Positions 1 through 14,580 of a stretch of 64,000 nt of DNA are shown one piece after another. The notes under the pieces were generated by a model. It saw nothing but the letters and a program-made list of their open reading frames with translations, had not been told where the DNA came from and made no database searches. This stretch comes from Octopus vulgaris (Eukaryota), in the NCBI GenBank assembly GCA_951406725.2, contig OX597818.1, positions 32,550,001 through 32,614,000 on the forward strand. Reading direction: 5' to 3'. The position numbers were made by a program, and so were the translations under genes. The first letter of the stretch is position 1. Every line of letters begins with the position of its first letter.

Positions 1-149
1 CTATCTCAATCTTCGCTTTTCTTCTCTCAGCTGATAATCTTGGAATTTTGAACTTAATACATAATGTTATCTGATAATCTGCTGTACATTAGCATCCCAC
101 TTACTGAGAGAAGCCTTTCTCAGCATGATTGATAAACCTGTTTTAACGG

Positions 150-330
150 TACCCTTTTGTTCTTGATCAGCTCTTACTGGAGTTTAATCTGATGCAAGAT
201 TTTGCCTTCATTTTTCCTGTTGATTTTCATCTGCAAATAGTCAAGTTGGTATCTCATACATAGATTATGGGGACTGTTTGTTTCTCCTGAAAAACCAACT
301 ACACGTCCAATCATCTGTGTAACTTTGATT
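150..330 (-). mobile_element. Possible degraded LINE AP-endonuclease fragment
   Basis: A minus frame reads RYQLDYLQMKINRKN, similar to the xQIDY motif, but it is broken by stops. Confidence 0.3.
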
Positions 331-639
331 CAGAAATGGTCTAACTTCTTTAAAAAGACATATTTGCCACGAAGAGTAAAATTCCTTAGCTAAAACGAAG
401 ACAACATCGAATCTCAGTAATTTCGGTTGCAATCATCGTTTAATATGTTTTTAGTATTGTCAACACTAACGCTAACTTTCAAAGAATTACCAAAATGACT
501 TCTAACACATAAGATATCAAAGCTGGGCATGGTGAAAAAATAAGAAGTCGGAAATCTAAAGCATAAGAAATCTGAAACAAACGCATATCAAAACAATGAT
601 GATACCCATAATCTTGAAGAGACGTTTACTATTTACAGA

Positions 640-850
640 TTCCAAATTTTGGCACAAGGCCGACAAAATCGGTCAAGAGAATAAGTCGATTGGATTGGCC
701 TCAATTCCTAAATAATACTTACTTTATCAACCGCGAAAGGATGAAAGGTAAAGTCGACCTCGGCAGAATTTGAATTCAGAATGTAAAGACGGACGAAATA
801 CCACTAAGCATTCCGCCATCATGCTTACGATTCTGGTAGCTCTCCAACTT
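640..850 (-). mobile_element. SINE family B (diverged)
   Basis: Contains aaaggatgaaaggtaaagtcgacctcggcagaatttgaattcaga. Confidence 0.75.
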
Positions 851-883
851 AGATTTACTAATTATTATTAATTAATACCATGA

Positions 884-1062
884 ACGGTGGAGGCTGAATC
901 GTTAAAGCGCCAGTGGTAATACTTTGCGCTATTTATTCCTGTTCTTTACAGTCAGTTAAAATCCCGCCAAGGCTACTTTTACCTATCATTCTTTCAGAGT
1001 TGTTGGGGTCGATGCAATCTCCAGACTCCCACTCCATAACATTTCTAGTGTTGTGCCTAAAT
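884..1062 (+). mobile_element. SINE family B (very diverged)
   Basis: gctgaatcgttaaagcgcc...aatcccgccaagg...ggggtcgatgcaatc...ttgtgccta. Confidence 0.55.
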
Positions 1063-1164
1063 TAAATACTCGTATTATAATAAATAACTTGTTTTTTTAG
1101 CTCCAGTTCAACTTTATAACCGAATGCATTCAAATCGGGGCCGCAATAATTTTCAGGAATATAT

Positions 1165-1392
1165 ATTTCTTTGCTACCCACAAGGGGCTAAACACAGAGG
1201 GGACAAACAAGGACAGACAAACGGATTAAGTCGATTACATCGACCCCAGTGCGTAACTGGTACTTAATTTATCGACCCAGAAAGGATGAAAAGCAAAGTC
1301 GACCTCGGCGGAATTTGAACTCGGAACGTAACGACAGACGAAATACGGCTACGCATTTCGCTCGGCGTGCTAACGTTTCTGCCAGCTCGCCG
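1165..1392 (-). mobile_element. SINE family B (tRNA-like head; gcctttcatcctttcggggtcgataaattaagtacc core resembling the Meta/MESC domain)
   Basis: About 14 homologous copies in the window, with B-box-like GAGTTCAAATTC. The domain name is from memory. Confidence 0.85.
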
Positions 1393-2751
1393 GTCATAGT
1401 ATAATCTGTACTCTTCCTAAACACAGTTGAGTGTAATGTGAGGGAGATGTGGCACATATTTCTAACACGCTGAGCGGCCACGTGGAGGCTCATTTATTGA
1501 CTTAATAACTATTTATTTAGAATGCAATGGTCTGACAGAAACAGATGAACACAAATAGCCAGTCTTTGTAAGGAAGTTGGTATAGTTGATCAAATCAACA
1601 ACTATCTATTTCGTTATTGCAATTACAAAAAGCAGGCGTAAACTGTATCGAATTTTATAGTTCATTGCATAATTAATTAGATGCAATCAAATATTGCATC
1701 GGCGAAAAAAATATGTCTAAATTATGTATAAGACTGTTAATTACGTATCGGATATACATCATAATGCGTGGTGGTGTTGGTGGTGGTAATAACAGTAATA
1801 GTGGAAGTGGTGGTAGCTGCAGTGGCGGTAGTGGTAGCTCAAACCAAAAAAAGGCTATTCACCAACATGTCCAACGTCCAATGATTGCAACCAGTAAAAG
1901 AACGGAGAGAACAAAGATAACTATATATATACACTATGTACTAGAAAGTATTAGATTTAGCGCTGTATGACTTCTGCCGCGACTATGATAACAGCGGTAT
2001 CAGAGTATTTTCCGAGACATTAGCAATTTATTCATTCTCTCACCACTGCTACTTTACTTCTAATTAATTATATATTATTATTATTTATTTATTTATTTTA
2101 TTTTTTTTTTCATGTAATGCTAATGTTATAAGTAGACTAAATAGAGAAAGAGAGGATAGAAAAAATTATATTCAACAGAGACGTCTTTTAGCAGACATAA
2201 AGGTTATTATAGTTACCGCGAATTTCGGTATTGGTGGTGGTGGAGCAGAAATACATAGCTAAACCAGAAGTATTGTTTTATTAAATAAATATATAATAAA
2301 TATGTTGTAAAACTAACCAAAATAAAGTTTATAGAAATAATTACCGAATCGGTATTTTCGATGACGCACATAATAAACGAAGCATTTTGAAGAAAGATGA
2401 AGAGGATATCTGAATACAAAAAAGGGGGTGAAAGAAGAAGAGAGAAATATGCGTGCGCACTTTCTTTCTCTCGTATTATAATTATTCATCATTACGTTGA
2501 AACAACAAATCATTATTGCAGTTCGTCGTCGTATCTAAACTGCCAGTACCCAGTGATGTAATTAGGAGTAAGTTGAGAAAAGAAGTTTATATGCTACATA
2601 GAAACCTAGGAATTAAATGTAATATTTTTCTCTATGTCTGTCTAGCTAGCAAGCTATTTACATACATACATACACACAAATACATATATGTATATACATA
2701 TTCATGCATACACACAAATACACATATGTATATATATATATTCATGCATAC

Positions 2752-2960
2752 TTGCAGACACGTTAGCGCGCCGGGCGAAATGCTTAGTGGTATTTTCGTC
2801 TGTCTTTACGTTCTGAGTTCAAATTCCGCCGAGGTCAACTTTGCCTTTCATCCTTAAATAAAGTACCAGTTTCACACTGGGGTCGATATAATCGACTCAA
2901 TCCCTTCGTCTGTCCTTGTTTGTCCCCTCTATGTTTAGCCCCTTCTGGGCAGTAAAAAAA
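2752..2960 (+). mobile_element. SINE family B
   Basis: Homology to family B. Flanked by the direct repeat tatatatattcatgcatac. Confidence 0.85.
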
Positions 2961-3152
2961 TATATATATATATTCATGCATACATACCCATGTAAATATA
3001 CTCACATACAAACAATAATATGGTGTTGTAGAAGGTAGCCATGTTGATATATGTGGCTGTTCATCTTTTGTGTAATGATTACTGTCCCCCCCTAGAATTT
3101 TGTCTTTGATAAAAGTTTTAGAAAATTTGGTTATCGTCTTCGGATAAGTGAG

Positions 3153-3233
3153 TGCAAAGAGGCACAAATTTTATGGAAGTGCTAAGAGAGACAAATTTTA
3201 TGGAAATGCAAAGAAACACAAATTTCATGGAAA
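3153..3233. repeat. 27-bp tandem repeat, 3 copies
   Basis: tgcaaagaggcacaaattttatggaag / tgctaagagagacaaattttatggaaa / tgcaaagaaacacaaatttcatggaaa. Confidence 0.85.
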
Positions 3234-3515
3234 ATTGTAGCCGTAACCGAAGTGTGAAAATCAACTAAGGCTCAAACACTTGAACTTACTGCTCTATGCA
3301 ACATGGCTGAACAGAAGAGTGGGCTCAGCTATCACTGTTCATGGAATTAACGAGTGAGGTTTCTGTGAACCTTTGAACTGAAACAATACTTTTAATAATT
3401 GCATCCACCCCCTCGCCTGAGGCTGACGGAGAGTATTACCAATACAAGTATTAGACTCATTCTTCACACTTAAAAAATTCAAATGCGTGGCGTCATTACA
3501 ATAAATGTTTTAGAA

Positions 3516-3871
3516 CTGGGGTTCTCAAACAATTTTTTTATCTGTGAACCCCTTTAATTACTATTTTATTCTGGTGAGCCCCCTTAGCCATTCGATATCT
3601 AAAAACGAGTTTTATAGAAACCTCTTTCAAAATTCTTATTTTGTTTTTCAATATTCAACTTGTGTAGGTTGAACTATGTAAAACGTTAGAGAAAGAAACC
3701 CTTTCCTGCAATGTATACCAATGTATACCAATACGTACATCTAAAGCACAATTTTTTCAGGGGCCCTTAAAATACTATTGTGGATCCCCAATTTACTATT
3801 TTATTATGTGGACCACCAAAAATCTTATATAGACCCTCAAGAGCCATATGGAGGCTGATTGAAAACCACTG
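3516..3871. mobile_element. Old hAT (Charlie-like) MITE
   Basis: Termini CTGGGGTTCTCAA and TTGAAAACCACTG. Degenerate 8-bp TSD TTTTAGAA / TATTAGCA. Internal repeated GACCCC-like motifs. Confidence 0.6.
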
Positions 3872-4409
3872 TATTAGCATTAACTTAGTAGTTTGTTTTT
3901 CATGAAGAATGCATCTCTTGATCATCCCTTCCCTCACAAATTCTACTCATTATTTTTCTATTGCCAATACTCTTGACGTTTCAGGACATTTCAATAAATC
4001 GGTGTAGACGACTGAGGCAATGACGCACGTGCAATTGAACCGGTTAACCATATTGAGAGAGAGAGATCCACTGCCTAGTCGCACAACCTGCAATATAAAT
4101 CGACTAAAAATATTTTAAATCACACACCTTGTTATTTATCTTAACGGGAAAAGAAAGATGGCGTGGTGGGTAATCACAGTATGCTTCAAGAAAACAAGAG
4201 GTTACGGCTAAGCCGTTGATCATTGTAGGCTCGCCTAGCGTTAAATGGGAACAACATCCATTTTATTAACTGTATTGTAATCGTAGTCGTATTTTATTTT
4301 GTGATGTGATTGGTTAAAAAGGAAAATAATTTGATCTTAATTCTTAACAACAACGTTGCTTGTACGTTCTCAGTACTTGGAACACTACGTGTGTGTGCGC
4401 AAGCAAATT

Positions 4410-4730
4410 CGCATATGTATATATATGTGTGTGTGTGTGTATACACAAATACGTATATACATACATACATATATATATATATGCATATACAGGTATATAT
4501 ATACATGTATACATATATATATACAGGTATATATATATACATGTATACATATATATATATACAGGTATATATATACATGTATACATATAGGTATACATAG
4601 ATATACATATATATATATATATATATATACATATACATCCATATATGTGTGTGAGTGTACATATATGTATGTATGTATATACAATCGCACAAATTCGCGT
4701 GCACACACGCACAAACGCACACACACACAT
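4410..4730. repeat. TA/CA compound microsatellite with three ACAGGT(AT)nACATGTATAC units
   Basis: Seen directly. Confidence 0.9.
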
Positions 4731-5365
4731 ATTGTTCCAAATATTGAAAACCTACAAGTACTAGTGAAATGCCACGCAATGCCTGTTTCCTACAAAAGAC
4801 TAAACAAGTAACAAAGATCAGCGGGATATTCCAAAATATTTACAAAAATTTTTTTTTCTTATTCAAAAATATTAATTGAAAACTGGTAGTTTAAATAGAG
4901 TCTCAAGATTTTTCTATTAAGTTTAGATAACCCAAAATCATATATGCACGCACGAAACAAACACCTTAATAATAATGCAATTTTACACATGCATTGCAGT
5001 AACACAATCACATGCACGCATCCCCATACATAGACATTCATATGCATATACGCTTACACGCACGCACGCACAAACGTATTTGTGTGGGAAATCCGGTGAA
5101 AATTATTCAATACATTTAAAAATATACTTCGCCTGATTGAAAGAGTGAATCATCAACATTCGAAGGGTAACTATATGCATGAACGTACAGAATGTGAGTT
5201 AAGAAGCGGTGCAATGAGTTCAACTGAGACCAACCTTCTTAAAATATATCTCAGAAATTTTCCTTCCCTGCAACTGAACGGGCTCATCACAGATTTTGCC
5301 TAAAAAACATGCTTGCTCGAAGAATTTCACGTTTTTCCGCAATATTTATAGCTCTAAATGGCTTA

Positions 5366-5886
5366 CCGTAAATCCTCGAGTATAATCCGCATTTTTTCCC
5401 CAAAATTTAAAGGTCAAAATCCCTAGAGCGTATTATATACGAGGTTAAAGATGAAAAATATTTTCTAAGCAATGTGCGAGTCTCTATTTGCTGTCCGCAA
5501 TGTTTATTCAGACGCATTTTGTAATGTCGGGCACGAAAATACCTTAAGCTAAGCCTGAAAGCAATGAAGCCATAAAAGAATCATCCATAACTTGCAGTAA
5601 GCAACATTTATTAAAATAAAAGTAGTCAGAACAAAGAATAACATGTAACTAAAACAATTTGCAAACATATTTACATTCCCATATAACAGTTAAGAACATT
5701 ACTATTATTGTATTACGCATGCGCCGAAGTGTTTGTTCGACTAGGTGCTGCTGGCTTAATTACGCATGATTCAAGTTAGAGAAGGAGTGCGTATTATACA
5801 CAAGGTTTAGGCTTTTCAGAAGGACAGCTCCCTAAAAATCCCCTGCGTATTATACTCAAGGGCGGACTATGCTCGAGGATTTACGG
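5366..5886. mobile_element. Tc1/mariner-superfamily MITE (CCGTA termini, Tc2/pogo-like)
   Basis: TIRs CCGTAAATCCTCGAGTATAATCCGC and GCGGACTATGCTCGAGGATTTACGG, with TA on both sides. Confidence 0.88.
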
Positions 5887-6561
5887 TATTTATTTAATTT
5901 TTTTTTATATCTAGCACTATGTATTTCTCCATTTCTAAGTTAACTGTAAAAATAAAGCAACCCTGCTAAACACAACCGATCTTTACACATAGACGCACAG
6001 AATAACAGCAATCAAATAACAGCAACAGAGTGTACAACAAAAATCAGCGATCTGACTGTCACTAGTACTCTTGACAAGAGATGCCAGTTAGTCTTTTACA
6101 CCTACCAGGTTCGTTCGTACTAGTCTGAGTTGCTGGATAATTTTTCGTTCCATTAAGAATGTTATAGAACGAGAACTTTTCATAGATTGGAATTTAAATC
6201 CTAATCGCTATAGTAATTCATTATTTCAAGAAAAATTGAATTTGAATTTCTCTTAATTTTTATGATTGTAGATAACAACTAGGGTTGTAACTTCTGAGCC
6301 CGAGTCAGGCATCTGCGAACAATGTCGAGGGAACGTGTGCTACGAATGATATTTTTGTGTCTCTTCCCTCAGACGCTGAACAAATATAATGAACTGTGAC
6401 CAGGCTTAATGAAAGGAGCCCGAGTTATGGGCTGCAATTACATACTTGAAGTCACTGTTGGCAGAAATTAAATCAATTTGCAAATACACGTTAAATTTAC
6501 TAAGTTTATACTCGGGCTAAGCCCAAACAGCCCGAGTGTCGAGGTCGCCACTAATATATAA

Positions 6562-6596
<35 letters not shown>

Positions 6597-6599
6597 TTC

Positions 6600-6784
6600 T
6601 TGTATTCTTGTACATGCTTCAGTCATTTAACTTCGCCCATGTTTTTCTTTCTAAGCCTAGGACTTATTCTTTCCAAGCCTAGTACTTCTATCGGGTCTTG
6701 TGCCGAATCGTTGAGTTACGGGGACGTAAACGCACTAATATCGGTTGTCAAGTGACGGTGGGGGGCAAACACAGACAGACAAAT

Positions 6785-6827
<43 letters not shown>

Positions 6828-6932
6828 CGACGGGCTTCTTTCAGTTTCCGTTTTGGTCGGTCCAAGGTGCCACGCAGTGGGACTGAATCCGGCACCATTT
6901 GGTTGGGAAGCGAGCTTCTTACCACACAGCCA
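6600..6932 (-). mobile_element. SINE family A, internally deleted
   Basis: Homology to the family A head, middle and tail. Confidence 0.8.
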
Positions 6933-6967
6933 TTTCAGATAATTTTTATTCTCCAATCCTAACTTAA

Positions 6968-6996
6968 ACCCGGGCAAAGCCGGGTTATACTGCTAG
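6968..6996 (+). mobile_element. Helitron 3' terminus fragment
   Basis: ACCCGGGCAAAGCCGGGT hairpin followed by TATACTGCTAG|T. Confidence 0.6.
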
Positions 6997-7437
6997 TAAT
7001 GAATAAAATTTTACATTAATCTGATGGTTTACTCAACTCTTTTGCAGAATGCAATTTCATTATTCTTATGCAAGAATATTGTTTACAGTGACTTCGAAGT
7101 TTCGGCCAGCTAAGTCATATTCGGACTGCAATCGTACTTCGAGGACACTATCAACAACAATATTGTATTAGAAAAAGGGAGATATTGATTGGGACGACGA
7201 GTAACAATGGAAGGAGGCTCTCAATATATGATAAATGAAGATTAAAAACAAAGGAGGTCTAGTCCTTGTTTTAGTAATTAAAACAGTGGATTCCATTTAA
7301 TGAAATCGGCAGTTGGTAATTTGGTGTAGAATCCTATGACACAGTACGTCTGTATATTAAATTTCTTTGCAAAACTTAGATTTGATAAATACGGTGGGTC
7401 AGTTTCCAGAACTTTTCTAACCACTGGATCAGCGTCA

Positions 7438-7438
<1 letters not shown>

Positions 7439-7482
<44 letters not shown>

Positions 7483-7914
7483 CAGGAATAATTTTAGCTG
7501 TTAGGGCAATTTCACTAGTGGAGTAGTAGTAACAATAGTTGTCTTAGTAGTAGTAGCGCGGGCAATTTCGATAGTATTAGTATTAGGAGGGTAATAATAG
7601 AATAGGATTAGATAGGGCAAGTTAGCAGTAACAAGTAGCAAGGGCAATTGTACTTAGTAGTAGTAGTAGTAGTATCTAGAGCAATAATAGTAGCAGTAGT
7701 AGTATCTAGAGCAATAATAGTAGTAGTAGTAGTATAACATCTTGGGGAAATGTAGTAGTAGTAATAGCTTAGGCAATTTTAGTAATAGTAGTAGTAGCTA
7801 GGGCAGTTGTAGTAATAGCTAAGGAAATTGTAGTAGCAGTAGCATCACCAGCAGTAGTAGCAGCAGCAACTAGGACAGTTTTCGGAGTAGTAGTAGCGCA
7901 GGCAGTTCTCGGAT

Positions 7915-7947
<33 letters not shown>

Positions 7948-7960
7948 TAGTAGTAGTAGT
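7439..7960. repeat. (TAG)n/(CAG)n compound microsatellite with recurring CTAGGGCAA interruptions
   Basis: Seen directly. Confidence 0.9.
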
Positions 7961-8313
7961 TATCCAGCATCACATATAATTAGCATTAATAATCACGTCC
8001 ATTATGCGGCCGATTGCGGCAAGGAGGCGAAAAAATAACGGCTATCTAATGGAGTAGGATATTCGGCATGGAACTATACATATTTCAGAATGGAATGCAA
8101 TGCTGCTCTACCAAAAAATTGCCCGGAGCACAGTCCTCATGGCCTAGTTCTTCCCAGAAGTCTGAAATCTCGAGTCAATTAGAGCCGAAGCCCTTTTTAA
8201 CTACTTCAACTGTAGTTACAACATCATTGAACTTGTATTGAAGAAAGCCACAACTCTAACGACGCGAAAACAAATACAATGCAAGGCATTGAGATAATAA
8301 CAAACTTTGCTTG

Positions 8314-8326
8314 AATAATAATAATG

Positions 8327-8373
<47 letters not shown>

Positions 8374-8821
8374 AATAATGATAATAATATTAATAATAAT
8401 AATGATAATAAGAATGATAATAAGAATAATAGTAATAATAATGATAATAATAATAATGATAATAATAATGATAATAATAATGATAATAACAATGATAATA
8501 ATAATAATAATAATAATAATAGTGATAATAAGAATAATAGTAATAATAATGATAATACTAATAATAATGATGATAATAATAATGATAATAAGAATAATAG
8601 TAATAATAATGATAATACTAATAATAATGATGATAATAATGATAATGATAATAATAATAATGGAAATAATAATAATAATGATAATAATGATAATGAAAAT
8701 AATAATGATGATAATAATGATAATGACAATAATAATGATAATAATAATGATAATGACAATAATAATAATGATAATAATAATGATAATGACAATAATAATA
8801 ATGATAATAATGATGATAATG

Positions 8822-8855
<34 letters not shown>

Positions 8856-8908
8856 TAATAATGATAATAATAATAATGATAATAATAAATAGTAATAACA
8901 ATAATAAA
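8314..8908. repeat. (AAT)n/(GAT) microsatellite, ~600 bp
   Basis: Seen directly. Explains the poly-N/I/L ORFs. Confidence 0.95.
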
Positions 8909-10157
8909 TCATTTATATATGTGTGCCACATGCATACATGCACACACACACGTGAGTGTGTGTATACGAAACATGTATTGTCCAAATTTTACAAAAAATT
9001 AAGAGAAGCCTTTATGGAAAGGCAAAGTGAGTGAAGAGTGACTACAGATAATATAATGTTTGAAGATGAAGATTGTTTTAGAGAAACAAAATTAGATATA
9101 GACACATGCATATATACAGGCTGAGGGGAGAGACACAAAGAGAGAGAGAGAGCAATAGGCTAATTTTATGAAGACGTGCGCCGAAGGTAGATATAAGCTG
9201 CTGCAGCCAAAGGTTGGATGTGTTGAAGGTAGGATTAATAGATGCCGTAGCAGTGTTCGTCAGGATAATTTGTCTAACATCACAACACTAGAAAGATGCG
9301 TTTAATTGATAGCTTTCAGTCACGAATTGCTGTGGAAGGAGACGTGGAGACGTGCAGAACGTAGAAGCAGGTAGAGAATGAAACGTTGGAGATAGATTAA
9401 CAGACAAGAGGGAGGAAAGAGAGAGAAGTAAAGAAATAGAAAAAAGTAGATGGTAAGAGAGAGAAAATGGAGAGGCTTTAGAGGGGAGAGAGAGAAATGC
9501 AAAGAGCTGTGAAAAAGACGATAGAAAAATGAGAAAAATATATATAAAATAAACGAATGCGTATAATGGAATAGGGAGACAGAAGGTCAGAGAGTTGTAA
9601 TTTAAAGACGAGATAATAATGGAGTGGGGCAGAGTTTTCGATCTCAGGAGAAGGAAAATGGTGAGATGAAGACGCTGAGAGTGCTAAAGGGAAGCATAAA
9701 ATGCACACGGTAACAACAGCGAGCGACATATGTGTAAAGAAAGAAATAGACTGGCGGAAAATAAGGAAGAGAGGCGGGAAGAGGAGGAAACAAGGAGAGG
9801 AAAAGAAGGAGGATTAGGTGTCAAAAATTAGTCAAAAGAGAAAAAGAAAAAAAAAATGGACATGGAAGAATGCACATGAACGCCTGTATACATCTGTATA
9901 TATACACACACTTATATATATATACGCCAAGCGTGTATGCGTGTAACACTTAGTGTAATGTAATGGCGAGGCGATTCTATGACTGTTAAATGTGAACACA
10001 ACTTCAGATATTGAGTGCCCTGTTTTCTGTCATCTGCAAAAACACACACACACACACACACGTATATATACACACGCACACACACATATATATAAAGAAT
10101 ATACCTGCTCATAAGGACTGTATAGATACAAACACGCATACACACCATTGTTCATGT

Positions 10158-10199
10158 ATGTATATATCTATCGATATATATATACATACATATATATAT

Positions 10200-10281
<82 letters not shown>

Positions 10282-10306
10282 CATATATATATACATACAT
10301 ATATAT

Positions 10307-10361
<55 letters not shown>

Positions 10362-10502
10362 TATATACATATATATACATATATATATATACATATATAT
10401 ATATATACATATATATATATACATATATATATATATACATATATATATACATATGTATATACATATATACATATATATATACACATATATATATATATAC
10501 AA

Positions 10503-10587
<85 letters not shown>
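10158..10587. repeat. (TA)n/(TACA)n microsatellite
   Basis: Seen directly. Confidence 0.95.
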
Positions 10588-10588
<1 letters not shown>

Positions 10589-10987
10589 CGGAATCAATTT
10601 CTATCAGGGACGAAAAGCAGAGGGGTTGGAAAAATCATGGAAGTGTAATGGAAAGTTTAACCTCGGGGTCTTTGGGCATTCAAAATAGATTAGCCTTTAA
10701 TGAGATGATTTCTTTCTCCCACACTGATAAAAATATTGCAAATTTGAACCCATTTGATGCCTCTTTTCACTCCATTTTCCAATTCCTTCTGACTTCCGTT
10801 TTTCTTTAAACTTATCCATTCGATGTTCTATCTCCATTCTTCATTTTACCTCATTCATATGTCGCTTTTCTGCCGGTTGTTTTTTTAACCTTTTCATATA
10901 CATATGAATATACATACATACATGCATGCATGCATACATACATACATTACGTACATATGTACATTACATACATATGTATATACACGT

Positions 10988-11382
10988 GCCTGTGTGGTGA
11001 GAGGCTTGCTTATCAACCACATGGTTCTGGATTCAGTCCCAATGCATGGCACCTTGGGCGAGTATCTTCTACTATAGCCTCGGGCCGACCAAAGCCTTGT
11101 AAGTGGAGTTGGTTGACGGAAACTGAGAGAAACTCGTCGTATTAGGTGTGTGTGTGTGCGTGTAAGAGAGTGTGCGTGTAAGAGAGTCTGCGTTTGTCCC
11201 CCCAGCATCGCTAGTCAATCGATGCTGGTGTGTTCACGTCACCGTAACTTAGCGGTCGGAAAAAGAGATCAATAGAATCAGTACTAGGCTTACAAATAAT
11301 AAGTCCTGAGTCGATTTGTTCGACTAAAGGCAGTGCTCCAGCATGGCCGCAGTCACATGACTGAAACAAATAGAAGAGTAAA
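10988..11382 (+). mobile_element. SINE family A
   Basis: Homology to 17870-18285. Confidence 0.85.
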
Positions 11383-11386
11383 AATT

Positions 11387-11443
<57 letters not shown>

Positions 11444-11613
11444 ATACACGCAGGCACAATATATCTATGCATTCTGATATTATATAAGCCTTTCACAATT
11501 TCTCAGTGTTGGATTTCTTTCAATCTCTCAATTTCTTTCCCTGCTATTACATATAGTTTTCATTTACTAGTTTTTCTTATATGCCATTTTCACTTTTCTT
11601 CCTCCTCCTTCTT

Positions 11614-11649
<36 letters not shown>

Positions 11650-14580
11650 GGCAGCAGCAGCATTATTATCGTTTCCATTCTGCTTCCCCATCTCCTATCT
11701 TCTGTATAACACCTTCTGCGACATAGAACCGCAAATAATCAATTTGTCGTGTTATTTGGTAGCATATTCCTCTCTGCAATATCTATCTTCCTTTCAACAG
11801 CCCAAAGCAGAATTAATAGCAACTTAATTTATCCTATCGCGGATAGTGTAGATTTGAGTGACTCTCAGATGGAAAAGGGCACTCGTACCGACCACACCAT
11901 AAAGCAGTAATTACCGAGCTGTTATTGAAACAAGTGTACATATTTTATTGGCTACAACCACTAATCAGTAGTTTTGTGAGACATTTTATGGATACATATG
12001 TGTACGTACGTATATAACGAAGTCGCTGTATGGGAAGATTTCAGTTGCGGACGTGATTTTTACGTGCTCTAGGCACCGTATTATGTCGTTGAATGAGCAT
12101 CTGAAATAGACCTGTGAATAAGAAGAAGCTAAATGTATTGGTGAGGTTTCTACTGGATCATATTGATTAGACAAACAATTGAACAATTCACAATCTCCAG
12201 ATCATCGTCGTTCACTAGATCTCCTTTTGTGCATTTATCTATGCATCGTCGGAGTTCTAAGCAGATGAAATGCTCTGCCTTAGAATTCAATGTCATTTGT
12301 TTATTTGGTTGTCGCTCGATGCCACTCGTATCCCCGTGAAGGTTTCCTGAACTGGAAGAATGATATAATCATTTGCGGTTAGCCTGGTTAATTTTTAGGT
12401 TAGATTATTTCAGGTTAATAAGTGGACGCTGTATTAAAAGGATGCAGTTCTATGAAAAATTAGGCATTGGGTAAACAAGGTTCAATATGGTTAAAGATAA
12501 AAAAAAAACTCTGATAACGGATTTGGGTGATTGATTTATATGGACTTGGAACTCAACGCCATCGAAGAAACACTTACTTGCCGGATGATTTGAAAATTTA
12601 AAGCAATTTTCTGATAGAGAAATGCGTTTTTGTTCTATATTCAAATTTCAGTAGTAATCTAATGATTTTAGCGATTTTCTTTAAACCCAAATACACATAT
12701 TTGCATGAGATAAAACAAATTTGTTCAGACTTGAGATGCATCAGATTTCAAATTTTTCTGCAAATAAATTTCAAGTTTACGTTACGAAGTTAAATTTAAA
12801 ATTTAAGTTATATAATTTTATTATAAAGAAAAAAAGTAAATAATATTAAATCGAAATATGGCACTTGGATGTGATATCTACAGGAAACACAATATACTTC
12901 AGTATCGCAGCTTGCCCGCTTATATTTGAAGCGATATATCGTTATACGTCTTCAATGCATTATCAATAATTGTATATCAACGCGAAGTATTATCAATATC
13001 TGCATTGCTAATTGTTAAAGTATTGCCTCGTATTTTACAATGACATAAACTTGTATAACCTTGTTACTGTTAGCTTATATCGTAATTTCATTGAATTTAA
13101 TCTGTCAGCGTATACTTTGTTTGTTGAGAAAACATTTCCGCTGTTTATTGTTAAATATACAAAATGAAATTACTATTCTCAGCATTTCCAAACTGCTATT
13201 TGTTTATACTGCTGTTTTCTTTTTATTTTTTTCTTTCCTTCTTTAAATTGTTGCCTAAGTAATAAAATTTAGCCACTTTGTCGTCAGTTATATTTATCGG
13301 AGGTACGGAACATATTTAGTGAAAAGGGGAAAACTGGTTGGAGTGTTAAGGAAAGGGAGAAAAAGGGAGAAGGAGAAAGAGAGAGGGGGAATGAGATAGA
13401 AGGACAAAGAACAGAAAGCTGGATGGTAAGGGATATATACATACACAGAGAGAAAGAGAGAGGGAGATAGGTGGAAAAGTGGAAGGAAAGGAGAGCAAGA
13501 TGGAGAGTGTCAGAGAGAAACACAGAAGAGAGAAAGTCAGAGGGGATATCAAAGACATGATAGTTAAAGGAAATAAAGCTAGATTAGTATATTGATCAGT
13601 GAGACAGTGATAAAACTGAATGAATGGAGGAGAAGGAAAAAAAAGTAATAAAGACTAGCGATGGAGATGATAAAGCTTGAGAAAGTGCGGCAAAGAGAGA
13701 GGATAGAGGAAAAGAGAGAGAGAAGGGGAGAGAGTTGATAATATCACACTATCAAACAGCTAACATATGTAAGAGGACTCGCGTGATTAACGAAAGTTCT
13801 GTAAAGGACATTCCGTTGTTGATGAAAGATATTAGTAACAGCGATATAACCCCCACCATCCACACACACACACACACACGCAAACTCACACTTACACGCT
13901 CATTCACATACAAGCACACCTCACTCACACACACCCAGTCCTCTCCTCTCCTCTCCTTTTTGCTAATGCCATTGAAAAAGAACACTTCTCAAGAATTCAG
14001 CTCCTTTTCAAAAACAATGACTTGTCATGTTATATTACCTCAACGTACAGAATTTCTCTTTGACTAAGGAATGATAGGAAGTTGATTTTATCATACTTCT
14101 ATAATTCTATCTTTTCTTTGATATTCCCAAGAGATTTCAAACATAACAAAGGATATTCTATTATACTAATAAAAACAAGGGGGGGGGGAGGAAAAAGTGC
14201 ACATTCTCTTACGAGTTATATTACATTAGAGGTCGCTGTCTGCCTGAATTGTGTGAACTAAACGTAGATTAATAGAAGTGCTCGATAATGAAAATACGCC
14301 AATAAAACAAAATATAATTGATCTCACCACAAGAGGATCAGAGTAAATTTCCTTAAACAGGGCCATGATTTATATATTTATATTAAATAATTGTTTTCGA
14401 TGACAATCTTTATCGATGCACATTGATGCCTTGTAACCACAAACATATATATTCGCAGAACTTGTTTATTCATCTCTTCCTTTCGCTTCATGTATATGTA
14501 TGGATATTCTAGTATATATATGGATATGCGCATGTATGCATGTACGAAAGCATATCTTCATATGTATGTAGGAATGCATA

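Noticed and set aside
1269-1493. Recurrent ORF GELAETLARRAK...LRSEFKFRRGRLCLSS as a gene family
   Set aside because: It is the translation of SINE-B, repeated at every copy.
8224-9034. Poly-Asn, poly-Ile and poly-Leu ORFs of 193-253 aa
   Set aside because: They are frames of the (AAT)n tract.
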